A program made the position numbers and the translations under genes. DNA of 63,676 nt, the filler included, from Asterionella formosa (lineage: Eukaryota), in the NCBI GenBank assembly GCA_002256025.1. It is 25 parts of 25 records of this genome, joined end to end, with 100 filler letters (N's around TTAATTAATTAA, not from the genome) between each part and the next. Parts side by side here need not be neighbours in the genome. Positions count along the whole stretch, not along the records: positions 48,516 to 50,962 come from NKIB01015255.1; positions 51,063 to 53,509 come from NKIB01015256.1; positions 53,610 to 56,055 come from NKIB01015258.1; positions 56,156 to 58,589 come from NKIB01015259.1; positions 58,690 to 61,133 come from NKIB01015261.1; positions 61,234 to 63,676 come from NKIB01015262.1; 19 more parts are not named here. One strand, written 5' to 3'. The notes below the pieces were generated by a model, which searched no databases, had not been told where the DNA came from, and worked only from the letters and a program-made list of their open reading frames with translations. Shown here one piece after another: positions 49,108 to 62,923 of this stretch. Position 1 is the stretch's first letter, and the number at the start of each line of letters is the position of its first letter.

Positions 49108-49788
49108 AAAGTCGCACACAATGAACTCTAGCCACAAGGAGTATATAAACCGAGATAGGCATGGAAGTATGTTTCTTGGTTTTGCAACTTTTCATCCATT
49201 TCTACTTCTGAAGTGTTGTCAGCCACGTTTCCGCCGATATTTTCATTCATCGCATGAATTTGTTCATCAAATGAATGAGAATCACTGAGTTCTTCTTCAT
49301 TATCAGCGATTTCGGGAGAATGAGGAGCAAAATAAGACACTGGATGGTGGAACTGTGACTCTGTACGAATAGAGTCTTCATCCACGAAGACCAACTGTTT
49401 GGGTTTTCTCGTCGAAAGCAATCTTTCCTTCTTTTCAATCTCAGCCACTATTGTATCGGCATACTTGCTTCATTATTATTTTTTCTGGACTATTATGAAT
49501 CTGTTCAAATTCATTTGATCTTTGAGTGTATTCAAAGGAATCTTCGATTGATTGATTTCATAAGTTTCTTCATCTTCTTTTCCGAAAACATAAAGTCGTG
49601 TAGTGTAAACAATGGAAGTAAGTCTCGTTTCTTGTTTGACTGATCCTTTCCATGAAATCCGTGAAATGACATTTGGAAAGTTGTCAAAGGGCCAGAAGAC
49701 TGTGATGTAAAACAGTGGAAGGGAAACGCGGAGCTTTTTGCGGCGCTTGTGGAGGTGCAACTAGTGTGATGGTAACCGAGTGTAGTAA

Positions 49789-50126
49789 TTGTTGAACAGA
49801 GCACAGTGTAATATGCATGTTCTGCCAGCGTAGTGTTTACACAATACACATGCTGGCATATACCGGTATATAGCTAAAATATGCATGTTCCGCCAGTGTA
49901 GTGTTTACACAATACACATGCTGGCATATACCGGTATATAGCTAAAACAAGGAAAGACGACACGACAATGAACGTGATGGCTGGTTGTTGAGGATACCGG
50001 TATGTGATATGCATCAATCCATATCACAAATCATATTATAGTGATGTACATATCAACGCATCCGTATACTTAGATCCTATCCACTGTATAATACTATCAT
50101 ATTAAGTGTTGACTTTAACTGTATAC
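49789..50126 (+). repeat. Right arm shared with the PGRL1-carrying element, with a 68-bp tandem duplication
   Basis: Near-identical to 14977-15246; the block AATATGCATGTT...ATATAGCTAA is duplicated at about 49810-49946. Confidence 0.85.
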
Positions 50127-50569
50127 ATTAAACAACAAACACATATATGAATTAACATACTTTATGATTGCTTGAATTATTTTCTATGATGTCTTGGTAA
50201 CATTTGCGTACATATTTTATCGTATTTTATGTCATTGTACTATTTTTACATGATCATATTTTGATCAAAATTATATCATATACATTTTATAAAATTATCA
50301 TAATTTTATGATCAATGTATCATAGCTATGTGATGTACTTTATTCAATATTACGTATCATACTTTGGTGATGTATGCATCGATGTAACCTTATCATGATA
50401 TCACAGTATCATCTTGTCAATCATGATGAGATGATTGGGAAGCAACTGTATTCTGCATCGTGCTACAGGGTATATTATTATATCACGCAATTTAGTAGCG
50501 AAGTCACTCCGCCTGTAATGTACTAAAGTCGACAGTGCACATACCGGGTACCGGTACTCAAATGCTAAT

Positions 50570-50962
50570 CAGGTTTGAGGCAACGGACAGTGGTTCCAAC
50601 GAGCGAATGATGATAGTACCACGGGTACCAATTTTTCCAACGAAAGAACTTGTCTCTCTATTGATGAGGATGACACGGACACGGACACCAACTTTTCCAG
50701 GAGCAAACAACAATGAAGAGACCCACTTCGTCTGCGTCGCTCTATTGATGGTAACAAAGATGCGGACAAGTTCAACAGTGAATACAAAGAACAACATACC
50801 ATTGAAAACAAGTCAACAGTGTGTGCACGCACACGCCAAGCAAGTTTGAGGCAACGGACAATTCCAACAAGCAAATGACGATACAGATATCAAATTCTTC
50901 CTACGAGCAAACAACAATGAAAAGAGCCACTTGCTTTCGCTCTCTTAATGGTATCAAAGATG
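50570..50962. repeat. Degenerate tandem/satellite-like repeat
   Basis: GTTTGAGGCAACGGACA and GAGCAAACAACAATGAA blocks each occur twice. Confidence 0.55.
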
Positions 50963-51062
50963 NNNNNNNNNNNNNNNNNNNNNNNNNNNNNNNNNNNNNN
51001 NNNNNNTTAATTAATTAANNNNNNNNNNNNNNNNNNNNNNNNNNNNNNNNNNNNNNNNNNNN

Positions 51063-53509
51063 TTGCCTCTTCATTTTCAGTTTCATTTGCTGGCTCTTCA
51101 TCCTCATCTTGGATATCATCTGCATTCATTTCAATATTATTCTCATTGTTGCCCTCGTCAGGTTCAGGGTCATCCTCTTGAGTATTGTCATTTAATTCGA
51201 GCTGTTCTGCTTCATATATTTCATCCGGAGTCATTTCGTCATAGTCTTCTTCTCCGAGAATTTCATCATTGCTTTCGTTGTCACTAGCGTCTTGATCTCC
51301 ATAATCTTCATCTTGTGCATCTTCAAATGCTTCATTATCATAATCCACTCCTGCAATCCAAGCACTATCATAAAATAGTTGCCCCGTTCGATTTGATATC
51401 TTGAGACCATCTGGCATATTTTCCTGCACAGCAAGGGCGTGTACTTGATTCATGATTGCTGGGGTAAGTGGTAGAGGAGTAATTGTTCGTCTAGTGATCA
51501 ATGAATTTGTAGGTAGGTGTAACAATTCATGACCTCCTTGCACATTGTCATTGTAGCATAGAAAAATGCAATCTAGGCTGCGGGGTGCATTAGTGTTTGA
51601 AAACACAGGTTCTTCATGTGCTTGGACATAAGTGCCAAATGTATACTGGCAATGTCGAGCATAGTCCAGGTTTCGTTGATGTAAAATCATACGAGGACTG
51701 TAATACGGGGATATCCCGTTCTTTGCCGGAAAGAAATTCAGTTTCCTTGCAGATTCTGTGACTAGAATCTTAATCATCAGTCGCGGCAAATGTTTGAAAG
51801 GTAATCGATGATAAGCTGCGCGCACGCGTTCTTTAATCACTCGATTATTTCGCTCCGCTTCGGGAACATGTTCTTGTGGGTTTGCATAGTTCATAGTGAC
51901 TTGAAATTCATTGGAAATTTGTTCCATCAAAGGTCAAAACTCGTTGTCACAGTGGATTGTTGTAATTTTAAATCCTCCGGTATTATAAACACGGAATACT
52001 TGAATCAAAGCATCTCGATAGACTTCAGCTGTCTGATTCTTGACCCATTGCGCTGTCCTATACATAATGTTTCGAGAAATTGTTGTGAGAAATGATTGTC
52101 CATTGACTTTCATTCCATCCATGCAAAGAGTCACTTCGCGTTGAGCTTGAATAAGCTCCTTAGGAATCTCGATGTAGTCGTTCACGACTGGCAGCGGCTT
52201 GCAACGAGTTGTCTTGCCTTTTAGTGTTCCGATGTCAGGCCCAAAAATTTTCTCTGCAATTTTGATATCATCGGTAGTCACTGGATTATTGTTGATCGTA
52301 TTCATACGAATTATTGCCTTGAAATCATTAATTGATGGTGTACCCAAGGCATGAAATAGATCACGAGCTCGCTTAGCTCTCTGAAATTGACGTTCAGTGT
52401 AAAATGTTTTGTTTTCTTCAAGTGTATTTAACATTTGAGCATTCTCCGCTCTCGTTCTTGTAGTTGGCTTGAAAACATATAAGTTCATCCCAATTCTTTC
52501 AAATCAAACTGTTTTGTCAGGCAAATGAACAATGAATGCATCTTCTTTCTCAGAGTCATAGGTAATTCTGTACCTATCTGCCATTTCGGCATAACTGAAG
52601 ATGTTTGTGATTGCCTTTTCATTAAACCATACTTCTCCCCATTCTGGAAGATCAGCCTTCATATTAGTTACCATGGATCCACCATTTGTGGCCAGGTGCA
52701 TGCTTCCGTTGGTTGACATTCGAATGTTATTAACCATTTTTGGATTGCAAAAGACTGTGACACTTGATTGATTATCCAATAGTATCCAGTCACGCATCTC
52801 AGATGCTTGGTAAAATTGTAGTTTCATATGAGCTCCCATCCATCCAAATTGATTGGCATTTGCTTGTTGTGAAGCTTGTGATGACGGCGGGTTGTTGGAA
52901 TTAACAGAGGTAACTGTACTTGTGTCGGATGTATTAGCCTGTGCCTGTGCATGGCTTTGGGCCTTGTTAATTGCCCATTCCTCTTTGGGTTTATTCTTGT
53001 CTCGACACGAAGGAGATTTGTGACCTGCTTTTCCGCAGCAGTAACATTTTCCTTCTAACTGTGCAAACGATAAGTTCACATCTTCGTCTTCCTTGCCTCC
53101 ATCCTTTTGTTTCCTCTCTTTATCATTATCTCCTGGTTTCTTGTAGACAGATTTATTTGTTACGTCAAACCGATGGTTGCTGAGAACATTGTTTGATTCG
53201 GTGATGCTCTTCGGGTATTGATCGTTGCCGAGTGACTGTTGAGTGTTCAGCCCGGTCATAATTGATCCGTATTTGGTCTTGTCGGCATTATCGAGATATA
53301 AATATGCCATAAATTGACTGAAAGCTTGTTCACGAAATTTATCTCGTTGCTTGATGTCGGTCTCGTTGTATCCATCTATGGCTTCAACGAACTTGGTGAG
53401 GATAATGGGTCCTCCCATGTGTGACTTGAGCACATCACGTGCCACACGGAATCTCTTGGTGTAGTCTTGTAGACTTTCTCCCTCTTTCTGCTTTGTAAAT
53501 AAAAGCGTT
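51063..53509 (-). mobile_element. Ty1/Copia gag-protease-integrase, same family as 30673-33124, inactivated by two TGA stops
   Basis: Zinc knuckle CYCCGKAGHKSPSC; protease WILLDNQSS; 51063-52610 is near-identical to 31577-33124; stops at 51934 and 52504. Confidence 0.95.
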
Positions 53510-53761
53510 NNNNNNNNNNNNNNNNNNNNNNNNNNNNNNNNNNNNNNNNNNNNTTAATTAATTAANNNNNNNNNNNNNNNNNNNNNNNNNNNNNNNNNNN
53601 NNNNNNNNNCTCGGTAAAAGTTTACTGCGTGATCATAATAATATGATACATTGATCATATTTTTGCTCAAAAAACTATCATATATGTGAAAATCCTGTGC
53701 CACTTAGCGTACGATACCCTTGATCATATTTTCATGATATTTTTTATTTACAGACGTGGTT

Positions 53762-56055
53762 TGACTTGGCTGAAGTGAACTGGGAGAAAGAAGATGGATC
53801 AAGATCCTACACAGTTACGGCAAAACTACTTCTTTGGGGAAATGGTTTTGTCTCCAACACAACAACAATTCTCTTATGCAGTGAAAGAGGGGACGAGAGA
53901 GATCGACGAGGTCGATGAACGAGGAGACGATAGAGGAGGGGAGTCCGATAACTAACCTGACAAGCTCAAAAGGAGATTGGAAGGTGTGTTTGTTAAAAGA
54001 GTGATTAGATTAAGTTGATATAGAAGAACAATGATTTATGCATAGGTACTGTCAGACAAATAGACACAGACATATTCTGACACGTCATGTAAAGAGGTGA
54101 TTCACAACATCCCCCCCATCTCATAACAAAATGAGATAAAAGGAGTAGAATCAATGATTGTCAAAGAACTGATTTGTCAGGCCTTGCGAGCGTGGCAATC
54201 GCACGATGAGCGGCATCGATAAATTGATATCCCATCATAGCTAGTCATGCAATGTGCACGTAGAGTAGAATACGGGAGTGCCTTGGTAAAATGGTCGGCT
54301 AAATTATGAGCAGACGAGACCTGGGTAAAATGGACTCTGCCATGACGGACATTTTCTTGCAAAGCCTGTGATTTGTGCAGCAGAATTGTCTTCTCCGATG
54401 GAGATAGCATCATGATAAGGAATTGACATATCCTCCATGTAAATGCGTAGCCACAAAACATGTTTGGATAAGGTGGTGGCTGCATCAAGTTCTGCTTCAG
54501 TAGTATTGTATGCTGTTGTACTTTGTTTGCGGCACAATGTAATTACTGCAGTATGATTAATCATAATGACACCACCAGAATATGCTAACCGGTCAAATAT
54601 GGCACCTCCAAAGTTAGCATCCGCATAGCCTTTGGTGATAGGTGCTATTCCAAGAAGAGGTTTCCTGATATTAGAAAAATGTTTCTGTTCTTGAAGCTTG
54701 GATGATAATGAGATAGATACTGATGAAGTGGAGATCAGACTAGTCATAATACGGGGCATATGCCAGAAAGTTTGATCTTTGTCAAATTGGTGAGCTTCAA
54801 CGCTGATGACAGTAGGTTCACCCAGCCATTAAGCAGCTTGACTGATATGTGAAACCGAAACCATGGAACCCCTAGATACTTTTCTGTTGAATGCAAGTGG
54901 AATATCCGGATATTGACGGAGGTATTTCGCAATTTGTAGTAACGCATCAAAATGTGATGATCCAGGACCATTTTTATATTGAGCCAGCCTTTGTACTCCT
55001 GTTTGTATATCAAGCCTGGTCCATTGGCATAGGTGTTGAAATTGCCCCAACAACGTCCTATTTTCAAAGCCATAAAGTTGAATCGCTTTATGAAGTTCAC
55101 TTGGAGAATGTGGTATACAACTAGCAAGTGCTTCTTCATGTTGTACGCCACTAAGCATAGATATCATGTTGGTTCTCGAGATAATTTGTTTATCCCAGGA
55201 CAAACCATAAACATATTGAAGAACGTCATGAGCCATATGAGTTTGGTCAGTTGTCATACAATTGGAACTAAACAGGAATCTGAGACCAAAAAAATGAGAG
55301 ACTTACCCCATATTGTGTATCTTCCAGTGAGATTCAAGAGCAGTAACAATACGGTTGTATGTAGCCAGTGACGAAGTTCCGACCAAAATATCATCAGTGG
55401 CTCTGGCTAAGATGACATGACATTGATTAATTGTACCATGGTAGATGCATTGATCTGTGCGATTTTTGATTAGGCCCAGCTGTCCACAGAGCACTTTATC
55501 AACATGTTCTCCCCATTCTCGAGAAGCATCCTTGCACCCTTGTACAAGAGCAAACATTTCCACACCCAAGCTTTTCCAAGATTGTTTGGCCAGTGGGAAT
55601 GTGAGTTCAATATTTTTATATTGAACTGGGAATCTGGTTTGATACCAGAGCATATATTCAGGAAAAACTTTGAGCCAGATGCGGTTCCCTGCTGCATTAG
55701 GTGGAGCAGGAGTATTTTGAAAGGCGTTGCTAATATCAAGATGATAGAAATTGTAATGCATATACGTGCCAATGGCCAAAAAAGCTTTGATCGACATGGC
55801 AAGTATGGTGGGAGCAAAAGATTCAGTATAATCCACTCCTTTAACTTGATAGCTGCCATTCACACATAGCCCAACTTTGCGATCATTTATCTGTTTGGCT
55901 GAGTTCACCACATGTTTGAGAACCAAAACAGCTGGAAGCAGAGTTGCATCATGGGGTGGAAGGCCTGGAGCGCCAAAGGTCCCAATGCTATGACAGTTAT
56001 CTAGATGATGAAAGAGCGCCGCAGTCCATTCTCCTCGAAATGGTCCTTTCATTGC
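53762..56055 (-). mobile_element. Degenerate Ty1/Copia 3' end (RT, RNase H, PPT, 3' LTR ~54109-53762)
   Basis: KVGLCVNGSYQVKGVDYTESFAP, LDISNAFQ, WTRLDI, YADANFG, TTEAEL, EDNSA, NLADHFTKAL; PPT GGGGGGGA directly before TG at 54109. Confidence 0.88.
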
Positions 56056-59000
56056 NNNNNNNNNNNNNNNNNNNNNNNNNNNNNNNNNNNNNNNNNNNNT
56101 TAATTAATTAANNNNNNNNNNNNNNNNNNNNNNNNNNNNNNNNNNNNNNNNNNNNCGAAAATTACAACAATCAACCGATAAAGGCTACTGAAGAGGCTAC
56201 GTGGGTCTGATAAACCGACTAATTCTCCTATCTAACAGGCGATGGGGAGAATACTGAACCTAGCTAATGTTGCAATTAGCGCTATCGAAGGGTACCACAT
56301 AAAAGAAGTAATCACAAAGCAATATCCAACACAACTTGTTGGATGGGAAAAACTCGACATATTCCAGACAAGGATTACCCACTCAAGGATGACCGAAATG
56401 CACGCTGGTCATACAGGCCGCTAGTACCAGGCGCCTGCATGTCACAAGACAGACCTCGCAGGAATACACCTAACGGTTTCCCCGTTGAGCATACGCCCGA
56501 GACACCCTGACGTATACCCAGAATTTACCAATTTCTCATGTTCGATTCATGAGCGATTGTTTAATTCTTCCACCGGTACCAGGTATGTAGGCAGAGAGCA
56601 TATTTATTATACATATAACCGTATGTGCATGTACCGCTACCGCTATATATGTATTCCCGGACGTCTGCACTCATTGGCGGGGGTCGACCATCATCTTCTT
56701 TGATCCCTCTCCTGTGCCCGCATCTGACCCCGACGGAATCTAGCTCTCCGGCAAAAAAACCAATCTTTTTTGGATTGGGGGGTTTTGGATTGGGAGGTTT
56801 TCGATTGGGGGAATGAGTTTGACCCTAAAATAGTTCCTGCCAAATCAAATTCTAGCATAATAGTATTCAAAACGATCATGCCACGAATGAAAGATAACCG
56901 TTTTCCGAGCTAGCCAGATTATATATTTTAGAATTGGATCTACAGGCTTGTATATCCGAGATGTCCAAATCGTCATTTCGGCAATTTTACCGCAACTTGC
57001 AGGTACCTGGTGCTCAAGCCGAAGACGCCAGTCGAAATTATGCAAATCCAGTGCCTATTGCTTGTCTTGCGCTCGCCAATTTATGTTTATCAGGTCACAA
57101 TCATCCCATTGCAGTCCTCAAGTTTCGTTGTGGTTCCTCGAACTCGTTTCTTTCTTTTCCATCCTTTTGTGCTGATAGTCTGTGTTTGTTTTGAAAGTAG
57201 ACATCATATCTGTTTGTTTGCATGGTAGTTCTTAGTGACAAACTTGCTCTGCTGTGAACTCTTGTGACGTTATACATACTGGTACATTGTAGATGTCAGT
57301 TTGAAAATTAATTCAGTTGGCTGCATGAGACGACTTCCTGCAGAAATCATTGCAAAATACCAGTGTGATGTGGGTGCAGAAATGCAAATTGACATGGGTA
57401 AGGGTGTCATCATTTCATTCATGCCTACTATGCACATTCACCCAGCACTGTGGGTCACAAAGAGTCATCAGCTTGAAGGAATGATCACTGTTCTGTGGTG
57501 AGAGCTAAAAATTAGAAGTTGATACTAAGAGGTGATGTTCTCATTGTATTCAGAGCTCCCAAGACTGGTGATGAGAATTCAAGATCATTTCTGATGTTGA
57601 TCTGGAATAATTTTACAATGGTGAAGGTGATTATTTTGTACTTGAGGAAGAAGTAGAAAATGAAAGGATGTTAAGCCTCCAAGTGCAGTTCATGATGCCA
57701 ATGAAGTTCCACTTGGAGCTGGACTATGGCAAGAAAACTGTTGGCCCATTGATTTGACTCTCAAAATTGATACAGGTATCAACAAGGATAAAAATGCTTT
57801 TGTGTCCTGAAGGGAATTGTTGAATTAAGAGTGAAGGGGTTGTATAGATAATGTAAAATAAAGAGATTGTGGTATCTTGGTTGAGGTGCTGCTGATGCCA
57901 TGTCATTATTGACTATGCAGATGTGGTGGGAAATTTTCTGACCAGAAGCCAATCATTGCAATGTTTCTCAAAGCCATCAATAACCACAGGGTGACAAGTG
58001 TTAGGATGGCCATAAGAAACCTTACAAATTACTATGTCATTACTGTTAATCCATCAATGTGTCAAACAAGTGCACTTTGCGCCTTCATTTGCTCCACATA
58101 GTTTTCTGTACATTGGACAAGCTTCTCATTAGGCCTGCATGACCTGCCTGACCTGCCAATTGCAAATGATCAAAACTCTCCATTAATGCTGGACAGTGCA
58201 CTGTGCTAGCTGATACATGTCCTTTTTAAATTACTACTTCCTTTGTCCGCTGCTTCGTTGATCATAGCAAATCTACAGGTACAACAGCTGAGAAAATACC
58301 TTCAAACGCTACCTTCCTATGAAGCACACTAAACGAATATGTTGTTGGGATTGTTCCACACCTCATAAATGATCGTTTTCTTCTCTTGTAAGGTGAGATA
58401 TCGCTTTCTCGGCAAACTTCCTCCTACAATTTTCACTGTGCACTATCTGATGTCTTTGTGTGTGTGTGTCTGGGGATTCCTGCTGTCCATTCTTCAGGGA
58501 CGCATTGGCGGTGTCTAGCAACATCATATTTACTCAAGTCAACGCCCTCAAACAAGTCAGTCTTCCACTCCTCGGGGAGTAATAATGCTNNNNNNNNNNN
58601 NNNNNNNNNNNNNNNNNNNNNNNNNNNNNNNNNTTAATTAATTAANNNNNNNNNNNNNNNNNNNNNNNNNNNNNNNNNNNNNNNNNNNNAAGTTATGGCT
58701 GTGTGTACCAGTATTTGGATTATTTCTGGCTAAGTAGGCTGACATCCTCAAATTGAATTGACTGGATTCAGCATGGATTTCAATCCCTTCCATTTATCAG
58801 ATATTTCATTCTGAAAAGTTTATTCATTTATATTAACAGAAATGGAGATTTCTGGAGGTATACATGACAATAAGTCTCTAGGTTTAAGAAGATTTTCAGC
58901 TACATGAGAAGTCTGCCTCCCAAAATCATTTAAAAATATATCAGTGTGGGATGGCGCAAAAACAAAAATTGACATTTGGGAATGGTGCTGTCATTTCATG

Positions 59001-59377
59001 CCTTCCCAAGTATGTTCACCCATGACCATAGTTCCAAAATCATCATGTGATTTTTGCAAAGGGACATTGAGTTGAAAGAATAACAGTTTTGTGGAAGGAG
59101 CTCATGAATATCAGAGGTAAAGTGGTGATGGCCATTGTGTTCACAACTCCTGGGACTGTGGATGATGCTCAATGACTGAGCTATATGCTTTTGAAATCCC
59201 TTCATGATTTTTCTGAAGGTGATCCAGAGTACTATTATTATTATCGTGAAGGCAATGATATATTTGAGGAGGAATAGACTGTTTTATAGTAGTCGGAGCA
59301 TTCATTAAAGCCACTAAAACAATTCGTGTTTCTTGCATTCTGCATGGCCAAAATTGTTCCCAAATTCCACTTGTACA

Positions 59378-61124
59378 CTAATTGTTGTATCCCAGTTCCT
59401 CATCTAAAACACAGAGGGCTTCATCAAGGCGGTCAAACCCATCCAATAGTTCCTTCTCTGTAATGATGAGTGGTGGTGCTGAATGAATATGAGGGTAACG
59501 GTGAAGACCCACCAGCCCAGCTTCCCCATAGGCCTATAAATAATGAGTGCATTTGTGAGTGTCAGAGAGATGGAAACGATATTTTATCATAGCATGTTTT
59601 TATAAATTGTATACTGCCATTTTGGCACACAAATCATACCTTTTTGTACTTGACAAAGGCATCATGTGCAGCCTTGTGTTGTAATTTAGGATTTGTTCCA
59701 GCCAATTCCATGACATCCATACATCCAAACAATCCAATAGCTCGATATTGTTTGATGCATGGATGTTGTTCTGATACACGTTGCATGTTGGCATCGAACA
59801 ATGGTGCCAATTCTTGAACACGTCCAACAATATCTGTTTGAATCAATTGTTTGAGTGTTTCGTAGGCACATGCCATGGCCACAGGGTGTGCCTGATATGT
59901 AGATCCCCATCCCAATGGTTTGTCCTCGAAAAATTCCAAAATATCCTTACGACAGGCTGTCATGGACAGAGGAAGAACAGCAGACGACAGGCCCTTGGCT
60001 GCTGAAACAATATCTGGGATGACCCCTTCATAATGTTGAAATCCAAACAGTTGACCTGTCCTTCCAAATCCCACCATGACTTCATCCAAATGCATTAAAA
60101 TACCATATTCATCACACAGGGCTCTTACACCTTGCATGTATCCCTTGGGCATGACCAAACAGCCTCCGGCTCCAACAATGCTTTCCATCATAATAGAGGC
60201 AATGGTATCAGGACCTTCATTCAAAATTTGTTCTTCCAACATGTGCAGGGCCGACGCCACTTGTTCCTCTTCAGTGTCCCCCTTATGATCAAAAAACAGT
60301 GGAAATGGCGAAAATACTTTTACAAATCCTGGAACATGGTCTGATCCATACCATCGACGAAAGTCCCCAGTTGCGGCCCCCGCATGGGCCGTTCCACCAT
60401 GATAGGATCGATACCACGACAGCACTTTGTGTTTCCCAGTATACCGCCGCGCCATCATAATTGCTGCTTCATTCGCTTCAGCTCCCGAGGAAGGGAATAC
60501 AGCAGCGACCAACGATCCTGGCAAGACTTCTCCCATGAGTTGATTGAGGCGGGTGCGAACTTCCGGAATGCCAATGCCACCATATAGGAACGGGACAGTC
60601 GTAATTTGATGCACCACTGCCTCTACAATGCGGTCTGAAACGGAGTGCCCTAGATTGGCGCATACTGCTTGTGACGTCCAGTCAATGTACTGCTTGCCCT
60701 GGTCGTCGTACAAGTATACGCCCTCGCCATGCGTCATGTTCGGGACTGCCGATCGGTTCCTCCCAGGCACCCAAGTCATCATGAATGGATTGGCCGCACG
60801 CGAGGCATGGAGTTGTTCGGACGACCATGATCCTAGAGGTTCCAGGTGGACTGGATCCAGGACTAGTAGTGGAGTCGTGCTGATGTCGGATTCATTCTTG
60901 GAGGCCTGATACATTGGATCAGATCGTACACGCGCAAAAATATAGAGCAAAAATATTAGGAGAGATGTTGAAATACAATTGGTACATGATTGCAAGCAAC
61001 AATGACAAGCAAATCAGCTGCCCGTTTCCATGCTCATGTTACTTACCGTAAAGACAGGCAATGATTTGGTCCACGCCTTGGTAGCCTTGGGGACAAAGCG
61101 GCGGCCTACTTGAGAAGCATTCAT
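59378..61124 (-). CDS. Class-III PLP-dependent aminotransferase, complete 3-exon model (61124-61047, 60905-59640, 59533-59378)
   Basis: GEGVYLYD..GKQYIDW, SGAEANEAA, SYHGGT, LDEVMVGFGRTG, PDIVSAAKGL (PLP Lys), GSTYQAHP, APPLII. Two phase-0 GT-AG introns. Basic N-terminus MNASQVGRRFVPKATKAW suggests mitochondrial targeting. Confidence 0.92.
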
Positions 61125-62923
61125 CGTCGTCGANNNNNNNNNNNNNNNNNNNNNNNNNNNNNNNNNNNNNNNNNNNNTTAATTAATTAANNNNNNNNNNN
61201 NNNNNNNNNNNNNNNNNNNNNNNNNNNNNNNNNTGAGGACGGATCTGTTGCTGGGAGTGGAAGTCAACCAAACAGAATGTGGGACCAAAAGGATAGAGCC
61301 TGAACTCAAAGTGGTTGTTGCGTGAATTCAACAGACTGCCACACTTTCTTGAGCATCGTCGTGAGCCTTCATATACACCAAATTATTTGACTTGTTTTAC
61401 TCAGTCTGAAATTGTGACGACTTTTGGAAGAATTTGATGCTCGTGGGTGGTTCACTTGGAGCAGTTTTATTGGTCTTTGCTGCACTTAACAATGCTTTTT
61501 TAATTCACTTCAAGATTGGCAATTGGAATCTTCTAGTATGGTATGTTGGTGTGCTGGGAATAATTTATTCAACAGGAAAGGCTATGCTCCCAGATCCAAA
61601 GATTCACCCCTGATACACTTGCAACATCTTTGCCAAGGTTGAAAAATGCCTTGCTTTTGCAGTTTGTAGTTCATATCCATTTCTATCCTTATATTTGGAA
61701 TGGGTGTGGTTGGGGAAAAGTGTACATAACCATGTACCATGCAAAAAACTATTTGCTTGTCCATGAAGGTTTAGTGGTGATGGCGTTCCTCCAGTTGTGG
61801 TGGTTCCAATGGACATGACAGCACCATCTACAACAGGAACTAGTGTGAATGTTGAGGGGAAAATTCAACAATTAACAAGCAGGCAACGATTTGCAATTAG
61901 AGTTGGACCTCAATATGGTTCTGGCCTACAAGCAACTGCATGTAATCCCCCCAGCAAGGCTCCAACAAAGTCGCAAGGACTTTGTGAAGTTGGAATTGCA
62001 GAGAGAAAGTCAGTCAGGCTATGTACAAGGCTTGAGAGGGGGAGGAATAAATGATTTTATTATTGGGTAAGTTACAGAGCAGATTACCGGTAGTTGTGGT
62101 TAAAGTGCTCATACAATGATCAACAGAATATATGAGGCATATTGTCAAGAACTTTCATTGACCCACATTTTCAACAAAATGCTTATTGATTGATGCAATG
62201 GTGGAAATCCACAACGACGTGTTTACTTTATTACTACCACATTAACTAGCATGCACATTATTACATTCTCATTGTTTCCATTTAATGTTATTCATTTGAT
62301 ATGATTTGATTTACCGATGTGTTAATATGTATTGTAGGAGGACCATAGTATGATAGCCCACACAAAATTTATGATCACTGTACATACCGGTATCCTGGTA
62401 CATATATTGAATTGCACGACGAATTACCTGGTACCTGGTACCTTTTATGAGTAGAGGTACCAGGTACAGCAACTGGTACAGATGGTCATGCTTGTGAGCG
62501 ATATGCAAACATTCATGATCAGGTGCTCGCTTTGTACACGGTGCTAGCAAATTACTAGTGCACTAGCTTCCACTACGGGTAGTATTCTCCGTCGAATAAA
62601 AAGTGAATACCTATATAGTATAAGCACACCAACCTTCTGTTTTTGGTACCCACAGTACATACAGTACTTCTACAAGTACTCTGAGGTATACCAAGAACAG
62701 ACTTCCTCCGTACCTGGTACCAATTGCTGGTACGGCCTGCTAGTATACTCTACTGGCAAATCTGCTGGTAATACTATACTACAAATACAGACGCTACCTG
62801 ATACAACTTCTATTTAGTTTTGGTATTGATCCAAAGCAGGGACACTGAGCCTACAACTGACAGTGCAATTGAAGGCTCACAAAAACTAATCCTAGTCATT
62901 TATATTGGTCTTGCTTTACAATC

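Noticed and set aside
50504..50518. CACTCCGCCTGTAAT as the CACTA-type terminus of the PGRL1 element
   Set aside because: Its orientation is wrong for a right-hand terminus, and no matching partner end is visible for that element.
51934..52506. In-frame TGA codons as programmed readthrough or an alternative genetic code
   Set aside because: The sister copy has CGA at both sites, so these are point mutations.
57200..58589. Possible decayed transposase on the minus strand (RKRYLTLQEKKTII near 58400)
   Set aside because: Too many stops and no catalytic motif recognisable by eye; needs a translated HMM search.
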